From contig CAVQEW010000006.1 in assembly GCA_963711655.1 (NCBI GenBank), positions 599 to 64,598 on the forward strand: a DNA stretch of 64,000 bases. Reading direction: 5' to 3'. Position 1 is the stretch's first letter; each line of letters begins with the position of its first letter. The notes beneath the pieces are model-generated. The model had not been told where the DNA came from, did no database searches, and saw only the letters and a program-made list of their open reading frames with translations. The DNA is from an uncultured Actinomycetota bacterium (lineage in GTDB: Bacteria > Actinomycetota > UBA4738 > HRBIN12). The translations under genes were made by a program, and so were the position numbers. This document shows positions 10,465-25,139 of this stretch, one piece after another.

Positions 10465-11373
10465 ATGGCCGAGCGCGTGATCGAGATCGTGGGGCTGCGC
10501 AAGTCCTACGACGATGTCGTCGCCGTTGGTGGCATCGATCTCCACGTGGAGCGCGGCGAGGTCTTCGCACTCCTCGGACCGAACGGGGCGGGCAAGACCA
10601 CCACGACCGAGATCCTCGAGGGGTACCGGCCGAGAGACGGCGGCGAGGTGACGGTCCTCGGCCACGATCCCGCACGCGGTGAGCAGGAACTGAAGCGGCG
10701 CGTCGGCATCGTCCTCCAGTCGACCGGCGTCGACCCGTTCCTCACGGTGCGGGAGACCATCGACCAGTACGCCGCGTTCTACCCCCACCCTCGTCCGACG
10801 GAAGAGGTCATCGAGGTCGTCGGGCTGCGCGAGAAGCGCGACTCGCGGGTGAACAAGCTCTCGGGGGGCCAGCAACGACGGCTGGACGTCGCGATCGCCT
10901 TGGCCGGCGACCCGGAGCTGCTGTTCCTCGATGAACCCACGACCGGGTTCGACCCGAGCGCTCGGCGGAACGCCTGGCATCTCCTGCGGAACCTCACGTC
11001 GCTCGGGAAGACGATCTGGCTGACCACGCACTTCATGGACGAGGCCCAGTACCTCGCGCAGCGGGTCGCGGTGATCAAGGGCGGCGAGATCGTCGCCGAG
11101 GGCCCTCCCAACTCGCTCGGTGGCAGAGCGGCGATGAAGACGAGGATCGGTTTCCGGCTGCCCGCAGGCACCACGGACACGCCCCGCCTCGGAGAGACGC
11201 CCGTTCCCGACGGTTCCTACGAGATCTCCGCCGACGACGCCACCCGCACGACCCACGAGCTCACGGGATGGGCGCTCGAACGCGGGCTCTCGTTCGAGAG
11301 CCTCGAGGTCACGAGACCGTCGCTCGAGGACGTGTACCTCGAACTGACGGGTGGCGAGGAGGGCGCCGAGTGA
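10465..11373 (+). CDS. ABC-2 type exporter ATP-binding protein (DrrA/CcmA-like)
   Basis: GPNGAGKTT, LSGGQQRRLDVA, LFLDEPTTGFDP, PSLEDVYLELT. Confidence 0.92.
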   Translation: MAERVIEIVGLRKSYDDVVAVGGIDLHVERGEVFALLGPNGAGKTTTTEILEGYRPRDGGEVTVLGHDPARGEQELKRRVGIVLQSTGVDPFLTVRETIDQYAAFYPHPRPTEEVIEVVGLREKRDSRVNKLSGGQQRRLDVAIALAGDPELLFLDEPTTGFDPSARRNAWHLLRNLTSLGKTIWLTTHFMDEAQYLAQRVAVIKGGEIVAEGPPNSLGGRAAMKTRIGFRLPAGTTDTPRLGETPVPDGSYEISADDATRTTHELTGWALERGLSFESLEVTRPSLEDVYLELTGGEEGAE

Positions 11374-12144
11374 GCGACGTGGGACTCCTCCTGCGACAGG
11401 TGACGTACACGAACAAGACCTTCTGGCGCAACCCCGCGTCGGCGTTCTTCACGTTCGTCTTCCCGTTGCTGTTCCTCGTGATCTTCACCACCCTCCTCGG
11501 GAACGGCGAGGCACGCATCGGGGGCGACGTGATCAGGATCAGCACGTACTACGTGGCCGCGCAGGGCGCGTTCGGCCTGATCTCCGCCTGCTTCACGAAC
11601 ATCGCCTTGTCGATCGTGTTCGCTCGCGATAAGGGAGTGTTGAAGCGCGATGCGCGGCACGCCCCTCCCACCCTGGGTGTTCCTGACAGCCCGGGTGGTC
11701 CACTCGACGCTCATCGCGCTCATCCTGGTGGCGATCACGGTCGCGTTCGGCGCCGTGTTCTACGACGCGTCCGTTCCCACCGGCGCCGCGCTCGGGCAGT
11801 TCGTCGCGACCCTCCTCGTTGGCGCCGCGTGCTTCTCCGCCCTGGGCTTGGCGGTGTCCGGCCTGGTCCCCAACGCGGACGCGGGCCCTCCGATCGTGAA
11901 CGCGATCATCCTGCCGTTGCTGTTCCTGTCGGGCGTGTTCATCCCGTTCGACGACACCACGCCCTCCTGGGTGGAGGTCGTGGGGAACATCTTCCCCGTC
12001 CGTCACCTCGTCGACGCGATGCGGGACTCCTACCTGGGACTCACGAGCTCCTTCGCGTGGAGCGATCTGGGGGTGATGGCGATCTGGGCGGTGGTCGGTG
12101 TCGCGGTCGCCTCCCGGACCTTCCGATGGGAACCGAGCCGCTAG
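11370..12144 (+). CDS. ABC-2 type exporter permease (frameshift near 11650)
   Basis: FWRNPASAFFTFVFP, RDKGVLKR...RGTPLP, LFLSGVFIP; multiple TM helices; coupled to the ATPase. Confidence 0.88.
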
Positions 12145-12193
12145 GGGGCTGTGCTAGGCTCCGCGCTTCCACGGGAACGGGGGGTGTCATCCG

Positions 12194-13095
12194 ATGCGGA
12201 AGTGGATCCTGGCGGTGGCGGCGATCATGTTGCCTCGCCGCAGCTGCGGGCCCGAGGAGACACCCCTCCGAGGGCGACGGTCCCACCGAGAGTCTCCCTC
12301 GGAGGAGATCGACGGCAGCCGCGTGCGCGGAGTCGCACGCGGCGGACTTCGTTCGCGGCAGGGACGCCTCACGATCGGCACCGACCAACCCGTGTTCCAG
12401 CCGTGGTATCGGCGGGAAGGGGAAGTACGAGGACTGGGAAGCCAACCCCGGCTTCGGGACCGGGAACCGGCGAGCGGCGAGGGATACGAGAGCGAGGTCG
12501 CGTACGCGATCGCCGAGCGGATGGGCTTCTCCGACGACCGACGTGGAGTGGGTCCCTCTGGCGTTCAACAAGTCCTACACGCCCGGGCCCGAAGGACTTC
12601 GACTTCGACATCGAGCAGGTCGCCGATCCTCCCGGAACGGGACCGAGGCGGTCGACGTTCAGCGACGGCTACTACGACGTCAGCCAGGCCCTGATGGCCA
12701 AGAAGGGCTCGCCGATCGCAGCGGCGCGACGACGATCGCCGAGCTCAAGGACCTACAAGCTCGGCGCCCAGATCGGGACGACGAGCCTTCAAGGTGCATC
12801 GAGGAGGTCGTCCACCCGACCAGGAGGTCGCGGTCTTCAACCGACCGTGGACGTGAAGGCGCTCAAGAACGGACAGATCGACGGCTACGTCGTGGACTTC
12901 CCGACGGCCTACGTCGACGTGCTGATCAAGAGTGCCGAACGGGGTCGTCGTGGGGCAGTTCCCGGGCGAGGGCGAGGACTTCGGGCTGTCTTCGAGGACG
13001 GGAGCACGCTCGTGGACTGCGTGAACATCGCGATCGGCGAGATGGACGCCGACGGGACGCTGGCCGCCTTGAGGAGCAGTGGCTGGGGGACGTGA
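12194..13095 (+). CDS. Polar amino-acid ABC substrate-binding protein (heavily frameshifted; limits approximate)
   Basis: Fragments LTIGTDQPVFQPW, SGEGYESEVAYAIAERMGF, FSDGYYDVSQAL, KLGAQIGTTSL, LKNGQIDGYVVDFPTA in alternating frames. Confidence 0.72.
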
Positions 13096-13129
13096 CGTTC
13101 CCCGAGTCCGTGCTCGTGATCCAGCTCGC

Positions 13130-14029
13130 ACCGTGGCCGCCGGAGTCCCCGGCTGACGCTGGAGCCGCCCGGGGGACGCTCGCCCGGAGATCGACCGGCG
13201 GCTCCGGCTCCTCGGCGAAGGCCGGCCGGGCCGTCGTGATCGCGCTCGCCAGCACGGTCGTCGTTCTTCACGGTCCTCGGCGATCGTGATCGTGCGGTCT
13301 CCGGGGTGGCCGACGGTCCGGACGAGCGTTCTTCAACTCGACGGCGAAGGAGTCTTCGTCCGCTCCTTCCGCAGGATCCTGGCTCGACAGCGTTCCTGCG
13401 TCAACGTCCGGCATGTTCCTGGTCGCCGAGGTCCTCATCCTGGTGCTCGCCCTCGTCGATCGCCGTGCTCCGGAGCCTCCCCGGGCCGGTGTTCTTCCCG
13501 CTCCGGGCGCTCGCGGTCGTCTACACGGACCTCTTCCGAGGGATCCCGACGATCCTCGTGATCTACATCGCTCGGGTTCGGGCTGCCGGCGCTCCAGCTG
13601 CACGGCTTGCCCGACCAGCCGTTCTTCTGGGCGATCGTCGCGCTCGTCCTCGTCTACTCGGCGTACGTCGCGGAGGTCTATCGGGCAGGGATCGAGTCGG
13701 TGCACCGAGTCCAGGTGGCGGCCGCCCGGTCGCTCGGGCTCACGCGGTGGCAGTCGCTCCGCCACGTCGTGCTGCCGCAGGCCGTCCGCCGGGTGATCCC
13801 GCCGTTGCTGAACGACTTCATCGGCCTCCAGAAGGACACGGCGCTGGTCGCGATCCTCGGGGTCATCGAGGCGTTCCGGCGAGCGCAGATCGAGTCCGCG
13901 CGACGTTCAACTACACGCCCTTCCTCGCCACCGCCTTCCTGTTCGTCGCTGATCACGATCCCGCTCGCGCGGTTCACCGATTGGTTGCTCGCGCGGGACC
14001 GGCGACGGCGGCAAGCGCGGGGCACGTCC

Positions 14030-14033
<4 letters not shown>
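13130..14033 (+). CDS. Polar amino-acid ABC permease (heavily frameshifted; limits approximate)
   Basis: YTDLFRGIPTILVIY; AYVAEVYRAGIESVH...VVLPQAVRRVIPPLLNDFIGLQKDTAL. Confidence 0.78.
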
Positions 14034-16841
<2,808 letters not shown>

Positions 16842-16845
<4 letters not shown>

Positions 16846-17877
16846 ACCGCCTCGCCGTCCGGGCCCCCGCCGCGTGGCTCGGGCCCGGACGGATTCCTCG
16901 AGGACGCTCAGGTCGTCTGCGAGGGCGGCGCGATCACCTCCGCGGGCGCCGGCCACGAGCATCGACGATGTCGACCAGGAGATCTCGCGTCGAAGGCTTC
17001 CTGATGCCCGCGGTGGCCGACCGTCACGTCCACATCGAGCTCTCGGAGCCTGCCGCCGTGCTCGCGGGCGGCGTGACCGCCGTCCGAGACCTCGCGTGGC
17101 CGGTGGAGCGGATCTTCCCGCTCGCGGACGCGTCGGAGATGCCGTCGTTCGACGGCCCCCTGATCCACGCCGCCGGCCCGATGCTGACCGGACCGGGCGG
17201 CTATCCGACGCAGGACACGTGGGCGCCGCCGGGAACCGGGCGCGAGGTGAAGGGCGACCGACGACGCGACGGCGGCCGTGGAGGAGCTCGCGCGGCTCGG
17301 CGCGGCCGCGATCAAGGTGTCGCTGAACGCGGAGGCCGGTCCCACGCCGACCGACTCGGAGCTGTCGGCGATCTGCGACGCGGCGCACGCCGCCGACCTC
17401 CCGGTGACCGCGCACGCGCAGGGTCCCGGCCAGGTCGAGCGGGCGCTCGGCGCCGGCGTCGACGAGCTCGCCCACACCCCGTGGACCCGGCTCTCCGACG
17501 AGGTGATCCAGACCGCGGCGCTGCGGCTGCGGATCGTGACGACGCTCGACATCCTGAGCTTCGGTCACGACACGCCCGAGATCCGGACCGCGCTCGACAA
17601 CCTCCGCCGCTTCCACGTGGCGGGAGGCTCGATCGTCTACGGCACCGACCTCGGCAACGGATCGATCCCGGCGGGGATCCACACCCGCGAGGCGTTGCTG
17701 ATGGCGGAGGCGGGATTGGAGCCGGAAGAGGTCATGGAGGCGATGATCCGGGCTCCGCTCGTCCTCGATGCGCCCGCCGACCTGATCGTCCTCCGCGCGA
17801 ACCCCCTCGAGGACCTCAAGGCCTTCGACGACGTGCAGCTCGTGATCCGCGCCGGCCGGATCGTCGCCGGCGGCTGA
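16842..17877 (+). CDS. Amidohydrolase superfamily protein (frameshifted)
   Basis: [53 protein letters not shown]. Confidence 0.8.
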
Positions 17878-17914
17878 CCTGTCGGCCGGGTCGTGGCACG
17901 ATACGCGCCTGGAG

Positions 17915-18997
17915 GTGATCGGGATGGTCCAGAGCGACACGACGACGTGGCAGGGCGTGACGCAGCAGGAGCTCGGCCAGGCTGCGCGGAACCACGCGAT
18001 GCATCTCGAAGGGCTGCGGTACGACGTCACGCCGCCCGGGATGCACTATCTCGTGATCCACTGGGACATCCCGGCCGCGGACGAAGCGACGTGGACGGTC
18101 GATGTCGACGGGCTCGTCGACCGGCCGCTCACCCTCTCGCTCGACGATCTCCGGGCGCGGCCGGCCGTCACCCGACCCCTCACGATGGAATGCGCCGGGA
18201 ACGGGCGCGCGCTGATGCCGCCGCGCGCCGAGAGCCAGCCGTGGCTCGACGGTGCGGTCGGCAACGCCGAGTGGACCGGCACGCCGCTGCCGCCGATCCT
18301 CGAGGAGGCCGGGCTCCAGCCCGATGCCGTTGAGCTCGTCTTCACGGGCGCCGATCACGGGATCCAGGGGGATGTCGAGCAGGACTACCAGTGGGGCTTC
18401 TCCCTCGCCGACATCGTCCGCGACGACGTCCTCCTCGCCTACGAGATGAACGGTCAGCCGCTGCCGCCCCAGCACGGGTTCCCCGTCCGGCTGCTGGTGC
18501 CGGATTGGTACGGGATGTGCAGCGTCAAGTGGCTCCGTCGCATCACGGCGGTGGCCGAGCCGTTCGACGGCTTCCAGGTCTCGGCGTACCAGCTCCGGCA
18601 GGACCCCGACGGACCGGGGACGCGGGTCACGAGGAAGGCGGTCCGCGCGATGATGCTGCCGCCGGGCTTCAGCGACTTCCCGGCCCGGCAGCGGTTCGTC
18701 GACGCCGGTCCGTGCGAGCTGATGGGCCGGGCGTGGTCGGGCTGGGGGCACATCGCCCGGGTCGAGGTCAGCCTCGACGGCGGCGAGACGTGGGCCGATA
18801 CGGAGCTGGGTCCGAAGCCCGAGTCGTCCTCGTCCTGGAGGGCGTGGTCGTTCGGATGGGACGCCGTCCCTGGGGAACACGAGCTCGTCGTCCGAGCGAC
18901 CGACGATGCCGGCAACGTCCAGCCCGACGATCCGCCCTGGAACTACGGCGGATTCATGAACAACACGCCCCATCGGGTCCGCGTCCTCGTTCGCTGA
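17915..18997 (+). CDS. Sulfite oxidase family molybdoenzyme with dimerisation domain
   Basis: MECAGNGR Mo-binding Cys, [57 protein letters not shown]. Alternative start ATG 17924. Confidence 0.9.
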   Translation: MIGMVQSDTTTWQGVTQQELGQAARNHAMHLEGLRYDVTPPGMHYLVIHWDIPAADEATWTVDVDGLVDRPLTLSLDDLRARPAVTRPLTMECAGNGRALMPPRAESQPWLDGAVGNAEWTGTPLPPILEEAGLQPDAVELVFTGADHGIQGDVEQDYQWGFSLADIVRDDVLLAYEMNGQPLPPQHGFPVRLLVPDWYGMCSVKWLRRITAVAEPFDGFQVSAYQLRQDPDGPGTRVTRKAVRAMMLPPGFSDFPARQRFVDAGPCELMGRAWSGWGHIARVEVSLDGGETWADTELGPKPESSSSWRAWSFGWDAVPGEHELVVRATDDAGNVQPDDPPWNYGGFMNNTPHRVRVLVR

Positions 18998-19016
18998 GCG
19001 GTCTCTGCGAAGACGC

Positions 19017-20162
19017 CTACAGGATCTGCCGGAGCTCCGCGAAGCAGCGGTCGATGTCCTCCTCGGTGTTGAAGAAGTGCGGGCTGATCCGCAGCCCGTC
19101 GCCGCGGAAGTCCGTGCAGACGTCACGCGCGAGCAGCTCGTGACAGATCTTCTCGGCCTCCGGGCCGACCTTCACGTTCACCACGCCTCCCCGCGCGTCA
19201 CGATCCCGTGGGGTGCGCACCTCGAGGCCGGCCTCGTCCGCGCGCGCGATCACGTGATCGGAGAGCTCGCCGTTCCGCGCGCGGATCGAGGCCGGCCCCA
19301 CCTCCGAGATGATGTCGATCCCACCCTGCGCGATGAAGAACACGGGGGCCGGCGGCGTGCCGTGCTCCAGTCGTCGGGCCGTCGGGTGATAGTCGAGATG
19401 CTCGACGTCGAACGCGAACGGCTCGCGCTGCGCGAACCATCCGGTGAGCGCGGGCTCGAGCGAGGGGAGCAGGTCGCGGCGCGCGTACAGGAACACGAGC
19501 CCCGGTCCGCCGAGCATCCACTTCAGGACCCCGGCCGTGTAGAGGTCGCAGCCGAGGTCGTGCAGGTCCAACGGGACGACCCCGAGACCGTGGTAGTCGT
19601 CGACGAACGAGAGGGCCCCGCGATCCCGCGCGATCGCGCAGACCGCCTTCGCGTCGACGATCGCGCTCGACCGGTAGAGCACCCGGTTCACCATCACGAG
19701 CGCGGTCCGCTCGTCGATCGCGCGGTCGTACTCCTCCACGGGGATCGTGAGCCCGTCGGCGCTCCGGAGCCATCGGATCTCGGCGCCCGTCTTCCGCGCC
19801 CACGCCAGCCAGACGTGCCCGTCGGTGGGGAAGTCGAGCTCCGACAGGATCACCGTCCGCCGCTCGCCGGAGAAGTCGAGGCACGACGCGATCGTCGACA
19901 GCGCGATCGAGATGTTCGTGGTGAGCGCCACCTCGTCGGCATCGCAGCCCGCGAGCGCGGAGAACGAGCGCTTCAGGGACGCCATCCTCGGGAAGATGTC
20001 CTCGAACCAGACCGGGTCGGGAGCGCCCTTCGATGCCCACGCGTCGAGGTACTCGTCGAGGTAGGCCCGCGACCGACGCGACACGGGACCGAGGGACGCG
20101 CTGATCAGGTACGCCTTCCGCTCCAAGACGGGGAACTCGTCTCGCCAGGCGGTGAAGTCCAC
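19017..20162 (-). CDS. Class V PLP-dependent aminotransferase (kynureninase / C-S lyase-like)
   Basis: RDEFP, ELDFPT, VDDYHGLG, GVLKWMLGGPG (PLP lysine), LEHGTPP, LRISPHFFNTEEDID. Confidence 0.87.
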   Translation of the reverse strand: MDFTAWRDEFPVLERKAYLISASLGPVSRRSRAYLDEYLDAWASKGAPDPVWFEDIFPRMASLKRSFSALAGCDADEVALTTNISIALSTIASCLDFSGERRTVILSELDFPTDGHVWLAWARKTGAEIRWLRSADGLTIPVEEYDRAIDERTALVMVNRVLYRSSAIVDAKAVCAIARDRGALSFVDDYHGLGVVPLDLHDLGCDLYTAGVLKWMLGGPGLVFLYARRDLLPSLEPALTGWFAQREPFAFDVEHLDYHPTARRLEHGTPPAPVFFIAQGGIDIISEVGPASIRARNGELSDHVIARADEAGLEVRTPRDRDARGGVVNVKVGPEAEKICHELLARDVCTDFRGDGLRISPHFFNTEEDIDRCFAELRQIL

Positions 20163-22149
20163 TATCCCCCCGCAGGCATGAAGCGCTCGAACCACGCCGT
20201 CGTGCGGGTCACGAGATCGAGGTACGCGGGGAACTTCCGCACGCCGTGCCCTTCGCCCGGGTAGATCGACACCTCGGCGGGCACGCCGTTCGCGCGGAGG
20301 GCGCGATAGAACTCGATCGCCTGCCCCGGCGGCGTGCACCGGTCCTCGGTGCCGGCGGTCAGCAGCGTGGGCGTGGTGACGCGGTCCGCGAAGAAGACGG
20401 GGCTGCGCTCGCGGTACTGCGGCGCCCCGTCCTGCGGGCTGCCCGCCGAGGAACCACGCGTCCCACGCGCCGATGTTGCTGTTCCAATGCTGACTGAAGT
20501 AGTCGGTCACCGGGGAGATGGCGACCGCGGCCTTGAACCGCTGATCGACGACCGGGAGCCAGCACGACATGAAGCCTCCGTAGCTCCCGCCGGTGACGCC
20601 GATCCGCTCCGGGTCGGCGATGCCGCGTTCCACCAACGCGTCGACGCCGGCGAGGTCGTCGTGCGCATCGGCCCCGCCCATGTCGCCGATCACGCCCTCC
20701 AGGAACGTCCGGCCACGGCCGGTGGAGCCCCGCGGGTTCGGCATCAGGATCGCGTACCCGCGGGACACGAGCCAGGCGAGGCTGGGTCTCGGGAACCACT
20801 CCGCGTAGGACCACACCGGCCCGCCGTGCACCTGCAGGATCAGCGGATGCGGCCCGTCGCCGGCAGGCGCGAGCAGGTACCCGTCGATCTCGAGGCCGTC
20901 GGGCGCGTTCCACGTCACTCGTTCGGCGCGGCCGACCAGGCTGCGCGCGTGATCGTGACCCTCGTGCCGGAACGAGGCCACCGTGCGGTCCGTCCCCGCC
21001 TCGACCACGGCGACCTCGAGGGGGCGGTCGAACCCATGCCGGACGAGCGCGAACCCGTCCTCACCGAAGACCGCCGCGTACGGTTCCCAGGCGCCGACGC
21101 TCTCGCTCGTCGACCACACCTCGGTCCGCTCACCGGTCGCGGGATCGATCTCCCCGAGCACCGTGTCGCCGCGGCGGAGCGCCGCGTACGCGAGGCTTCC
21201 GTTCGCGCGCCATCCGAGCCACGTGATGTCGGCGTCCTCCAGCTCCACGATCTCGGTCGCCCCGCTCGCCGACGTCCACCAGGACCGCCCGGCCGGAAAC
21301 GAGCTGTCGATCGCTGCACGGCGCCTCGATCGCCGCCACCCGCGTGCCGTCGGGCGCCGCCACCGGGAGCCCGAACTGGACGTCGCTCGTCGCGAGCACC
21401 CGATCGTCACCGGTCGCGGCGTCGATCAGCACCAGCGGCGCCGTGTACCACGACGATTCGCCGGGATCCTCCGACGCCACCGCGACGACGGCTCCGGCGC
21501 CACACCATTCGGCCTCCCAGACGTTCAACCCCTCCCGCGAGAGCGCCCGGACCTCGCCCGACGCCACCTCGACCACCCAGAGGCGGCGCCACACAAGCCG
21601 GTCCTCCCACGAGTCCACCTTCGGGGCCCAGCCGGGCAGGTCCTTCTCCGCCTCGAGCGCACCCGATCCGTCCGCCCCCGCGCCGTCGGCATGCATCCCG
21701 GCGGTCCGCACGAGGATGCGCGAGCCGTCGGGCGACCACGCGTGCTCCTCGATCGTGCCCTCGATCTCGGGGAGCGCCTCTGCCTCTCCGATACCGTCGA
21801 GGCTCAGGAGGAAGAGCTGCATCCGACCCTTCTCCCGACGGTCCGAGAGGAAGGTCAGCCTGCTCCCGTCGGGCGACCACCGTGGTCCCGCATCGTGCTC
21901 CGGACCGGAGGAGACCTCTTTGGCGGCCTCTGCTGAAGCCTCGCTCCCCAGCGGCGCCAGACAGATCCGGGTCTTCGGCGTCCCCTCGAGCTCCTCCCAC
22001 CGCGACCCGGTGAAGGCGACCCACCGGCCGTCGGGGGAAGGGCGAGGGTCGGAGGGCTCCGTCACGCGCCCGAACCCCGGCCCGTAGACCTTCCGGAAGT
22101 GCTCCTCGACCTCCTGGTACAGCGGCGACGAACGCAGGTCTCTGTCCAT
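20162..22149 (-). CDS. S9 family (acylaminoacyl/prolyl oligo-) peptidase (frameshifted)
   Basis: WD40/PD40-like SPDG repeats; [15 protein letters not shown], catalytic GGSYGG; GTEDRCTP and YPGEGHG in a shifted frame. Confidence 0.88.
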
Positions 22150-22179
22150 GGGGCAGAGGATAGGACGAGGTCCGACCGG

Positions 22180-22211
22180 CGGCCCACCGACGGCCCACCG
22201 ACGGCCCACCG
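22180..22211. repeat. 11-bp tandem repeat (CGGCCCACCGA x3) between divergent S9 peptidase and uvrA promoters
   Basis: Units at 22180, 22191 and 22202 (last unit 10/11). Confidence 0.8.
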
Positions 22212-22222
22212 CACGCCGGGGA

Positions 22223-22244
22223 TGTCGCAGCCCGCCGGTACACT
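22223..22244 (+). promoter_or_regulatory. PafBC/RecA-NDp-like promoter of uvrA
   Basis: TGTCGC-N10-TACACT, same conserved bases as at uvrB, 7 nt before GTG 22252. Confidence 0.72.
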
Positions 22245-22251
22245 CGGCTCC

Positions 22252-25107
22252 GTGGGCTCCGAGAGACTCGTCATCCACGGCGCCCGTGAGCACAACCTCA
22301 AGAACGTCACGCTCGACCTGCCGCGTGACCAGCTGATCGTGTTCACGGGGCTGTCCGGCTCCGGGAAGTCGTCCCTGGCCTTCGACACGATCTACGCCGA
22401 AGGCCAGCGCCGGTACGTGGAGTCCCTCTCGTCGTACGCCCGCCAGTTCCTCGGTCAGATGGAGAAGCCGGACGTCGACTTCATCGAGGGTCTCTCGCCC
22501 GCCATCTCGATCGACCAGAAGTCCACGTCCCGCAACCCCCGATCGACCGTCGGGACGATCACGGAGGTCTACGACTACCTCCGGGTGCTGTACGCCCGCA
22601 TCGGCCACCCGCATTGCTACAACTGCGGCCGCCCGATCGGGCGCCAGACCCCCGACCAGATCGTGGACCAGGTGCTCCAGCTCCCGGAGGGCACGCGCTT
22701 CCAGGTCCTCGCGCCGGTGGTCCGCGGGCGGAAGGGGGAGTACGAGAAGCTCCTCCAGGAGCTCGCCCGCAAGGGGTTCCCTCGCGCCCGCATCGACGGC
22801 GAGGTGCGAGAGCTCTCCGAGTCGATCAAGCTCCCCAAGACCTACAAGCACACGATCGAGGTGGTCGTGGACCGCCTCGTGGCCAAGCAGGGCATCCGGC
22901 GCCGTGTCGCCGACAGCATCGAGACGGCGCTCGAGCTCGCGGAGGGCATCGCGTCGATCGCGGTGACGACCCACGAGGGCCACGAGGAGCTCCAGACCTT
23001 CTCGCAGAAGCTCGCGTGCACGTTCTGCGGGCTCTCGTTCGACGAGCTGGCGCCGCGGAACTTCTCGTTCAACTCGCCGTACGGGGCGTGCCCCACCTGT
23101 GACGGGCTCGGCACCCGGCTCGAGGTCGACGCGGACCTGGTGGTGCCCGACCCCACGCTCTCCATCAACGAAGGAGCGCTCGCGCCCTGGCCGAGCAACA
23201 CGCTCGAGTACTGGTACCGGGTGCTCGAGGCCGTCGGCGACGTCCACTCCTTCTCGCTCGACACGCCGTGGAAGAAGCTGCCCAAGAAGGCCCGGGACGT
23301 CGTGCTCTTCGGATCCGACGAGGAGATCTACGTCCGGTACAAGAACCGGTACGGACGCCAGCGGTCCTACTACACCACCTACGAAGGAGTGCTCCCCAAC
23401 CTGGAGCGGCGGTACAAGGAGACGGACTCCGACGCGTCGCGGGAGAAGCTCGAGCAGTTCATGCGCGAGATCCCGTGTCGCGTGTGCAAGGGAGCACGGC
23501 TCCGCCCCGAAACGCTCGCGGTGACGGTGGGTGGGCTCCACATCTCCCAGCTCACCGACCTCTCGATCCGCAAGACCCTCGGCTTCCTCGAGACCGTCGA
23601 GCTCTCGGAGCGAGAGGAGATGATCGCGGAACGGCTGCTCAAGGAGATCCGCGCGCGGCTCGGCTTCCTGGTCGACGTCGGGCTCGACTACCTGACGCTC
23701 TCGCGCCCGGCGGGCACGCTGGCCGGAGGCGAGGCCCAGCGGATCCGCTTGGCCACGCAGATCGGCTCCGGTCTGGTCGGCGTGCTCTACATCCTCGACG
23801 AGCCGTCGATCGGTCTGCATCAGCGGGACAACCGGCGGCTCCTCGACACGCTGATCCGTCTCCGCGACCTCGGCAACACGCTGATCGTCGTCGAACACGA
23901 CGAGACGACGATCATGGAAGCCGACCACATCGTCGACATCGGCCCCCTGGCGGGGGAGCACGGCGGCCGGATCGTCTACTCGGGTGACCTGAAGGGGTTG
24001 CTCGGCAACAAGGAGTCGCTCACGGGCGCGTACCTCTCCGGGCGGCGATCGATCCCGGCCCCGACCTCGCGCCGGAAGCCCAACCGGTGGCTGCGCCTCG
24101 AGGGCGTGCGACAGCACAACCTGAAGGACATCACGGTGAAGATCCCGTTGGGCCTCTTCGTGTGTGTGACGGGTGTGAGCGGCAGCGGGAAGTCCACGCT
24201 GGTCCAGGACGTCCTGCTGCGCGCCCTGATGCAGAAGGTGTACCGCTCCCGCGTCCTCCCGGGGAAGCACCGGCGCATGGTCGGATGGGAGGACGTCGAC
24301 AAGGTGATCGACATCGACCAGTCGCCGATCGGCCGGACGCCGCGATCCAACCCGGCCACGTACACGGGCGTGTGGGATCACGTCCGCAAGCTCTTCGCCC
24401 AGGTGCCGGAGGCCCGGCTCCGCGGGTACCAACCCGGGCGCTTCTCGTTCAACGTGCGAGGCGGGCGTTGCGAGAACTGCGCCGGCGACGGTCAGATCAA
24501 GATCGAGATGCACTTCCTCCCGGACGTCTACGTCACGTGCGAGGTCTGCAAGGGCCGTCGCTACAACCGCGAGACGCTCGAGGTCAAGTACAAGGGCCGC
24601 ACGGTCTCCGACGTCCTGGAGATGAGCGTCGACGAAGCGCTGGAGTTCTTCCAGAACATCCCGCCGATCAAGCGACACATGCAGACGCTCTCCGACGTCG
24701 GGCTCGGCTACATCAAGCTCGGCCAGCCGGCCCCCACGCTCTCCGGCGGGGAAGCACAGCGCATCAAGCTCTCGAGCGAGCTCCACAAGCGAGCCACCGG
24801 CAACACCGTCTACATCCTCGACGAGCCCACCACCGGTCTCCACTTCGAGGACATCAGGAAGCTGCTCCAGGTCCTGCAGCGGCTGGTCGCCACCGGCAAC
24901 ACGGTGCTGGTGATCGAGCACAACCTGGATGTCGTGAAGACGGCGGACTGGTTGATCGATCTCGGGCCCGAGGGAGGAGATCAGGGCGGACGGGTCGTGG
25001 CCGAGGGGCCCCCGGAGGCGATCGCCGCCAACGCCGAGTCCCACACCGGAAGGTTCCTCGAGGAAGTGCTCGGGGTCTTGCCGATGGGCGTCGGCGCATC
25101 TGCCTGA
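22252..25107 (+). CDS. uvrA: Excinuclease ABC subunit A
   Basis: [32 protein letters not shown], CxxC zinc fingers, second ABC cassette GVSGSGKST and LSGGEAQR; intact frame. Confidence 0.98.
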   Translation: MGSERLVIHGAREHNLKNVTLDLPRDQLIVFTGLSGSGKSSLAFDTIYAEGQRRYVESLSSYARQFLGQMEKPDVDFIEGLSPAISIDQKSTSRNPRSTVGTITEVYDYLRVLYARIGHPHCYNCGRPIGRQTPDQIVDQVLQLPEGTRFQVLAPVVRGRKGEYEKLLQELARKGFPRARIDGEVRELSESIKLPKTYKHTIEVVVDRLVAKQGIRRRVADSIETALELAEGIASIAVTTHEGHEELQTFSQKLACTFCGLSFDELAPRNFSFNSPYGACPTCDGLGTRLEVDADLVVPDPTLSINEGALAPWPSNTLEYWYRVLEAVGDVHSFSLDTPWKKLPKKARDVVLFGSDEEIYVRYKNRYGRQRSYYTTYEGVLPNLERRYKETDSDASREKLEQFMREIPCRVCKGARLRPETLAVTVGGLHISQLTDLSIRKTLGFLETVELSEREEMIAERLLKEIRARLGFLVDVGLDYLTLSRPAGTLAGGEAQRIRLATQIGSGLVGVLYILDEPSIGLHQRDNRRLLDTLIRLRDLGNTLIVVEHDETTIMEADHIVDIGPLAGEHGGRIVYSGDLKGLLGNKESLTGAYLSGRRSIPAPTSRRKPNRWLRLEGVRQHNLKDITVKIPLGLFVCVTGVSGSGKSTLVQDVLLRALMQKVYRSRVLPGKHRRMVGWEDVDKVIDIDQSPIGRTPRSNPATYTGVWDHVRKLFAQVPEARLRGYQPGRFSFNVRGGRCENCAGDGQIKIEMHFLPDVYVTCEVCKGRRYNRETLEVKYKGRTVSDVLEMSVDEALEFFQNIPPIKRHMQTLSDVGLGYIKLGQPAPTLSGGEAQRIKLSSELHKRATGNTVYILDEPTTGLHFEDIRKLLQVLQRLVATGNTVLVIEHNLDVVKTADWLIDLGPEGGDQGGRVVAEGPPEAIAANAESHTGRFLEEVLGVLPMGVGASA

Positions 25108-25139
25108 GCTCTTCGGTATCGACTCGGATGCTTGCTAGG

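Noticed and set aside
21130-25044. Very long antisense ORFs (1304 aa here; also 6896..9037, 15538..18030, 57075..58919)
   Set aside because: Shadow frames of high-GC3 genes with no recognisable motifs, apart from the portion that is the real S9 peptidase N-terminus.
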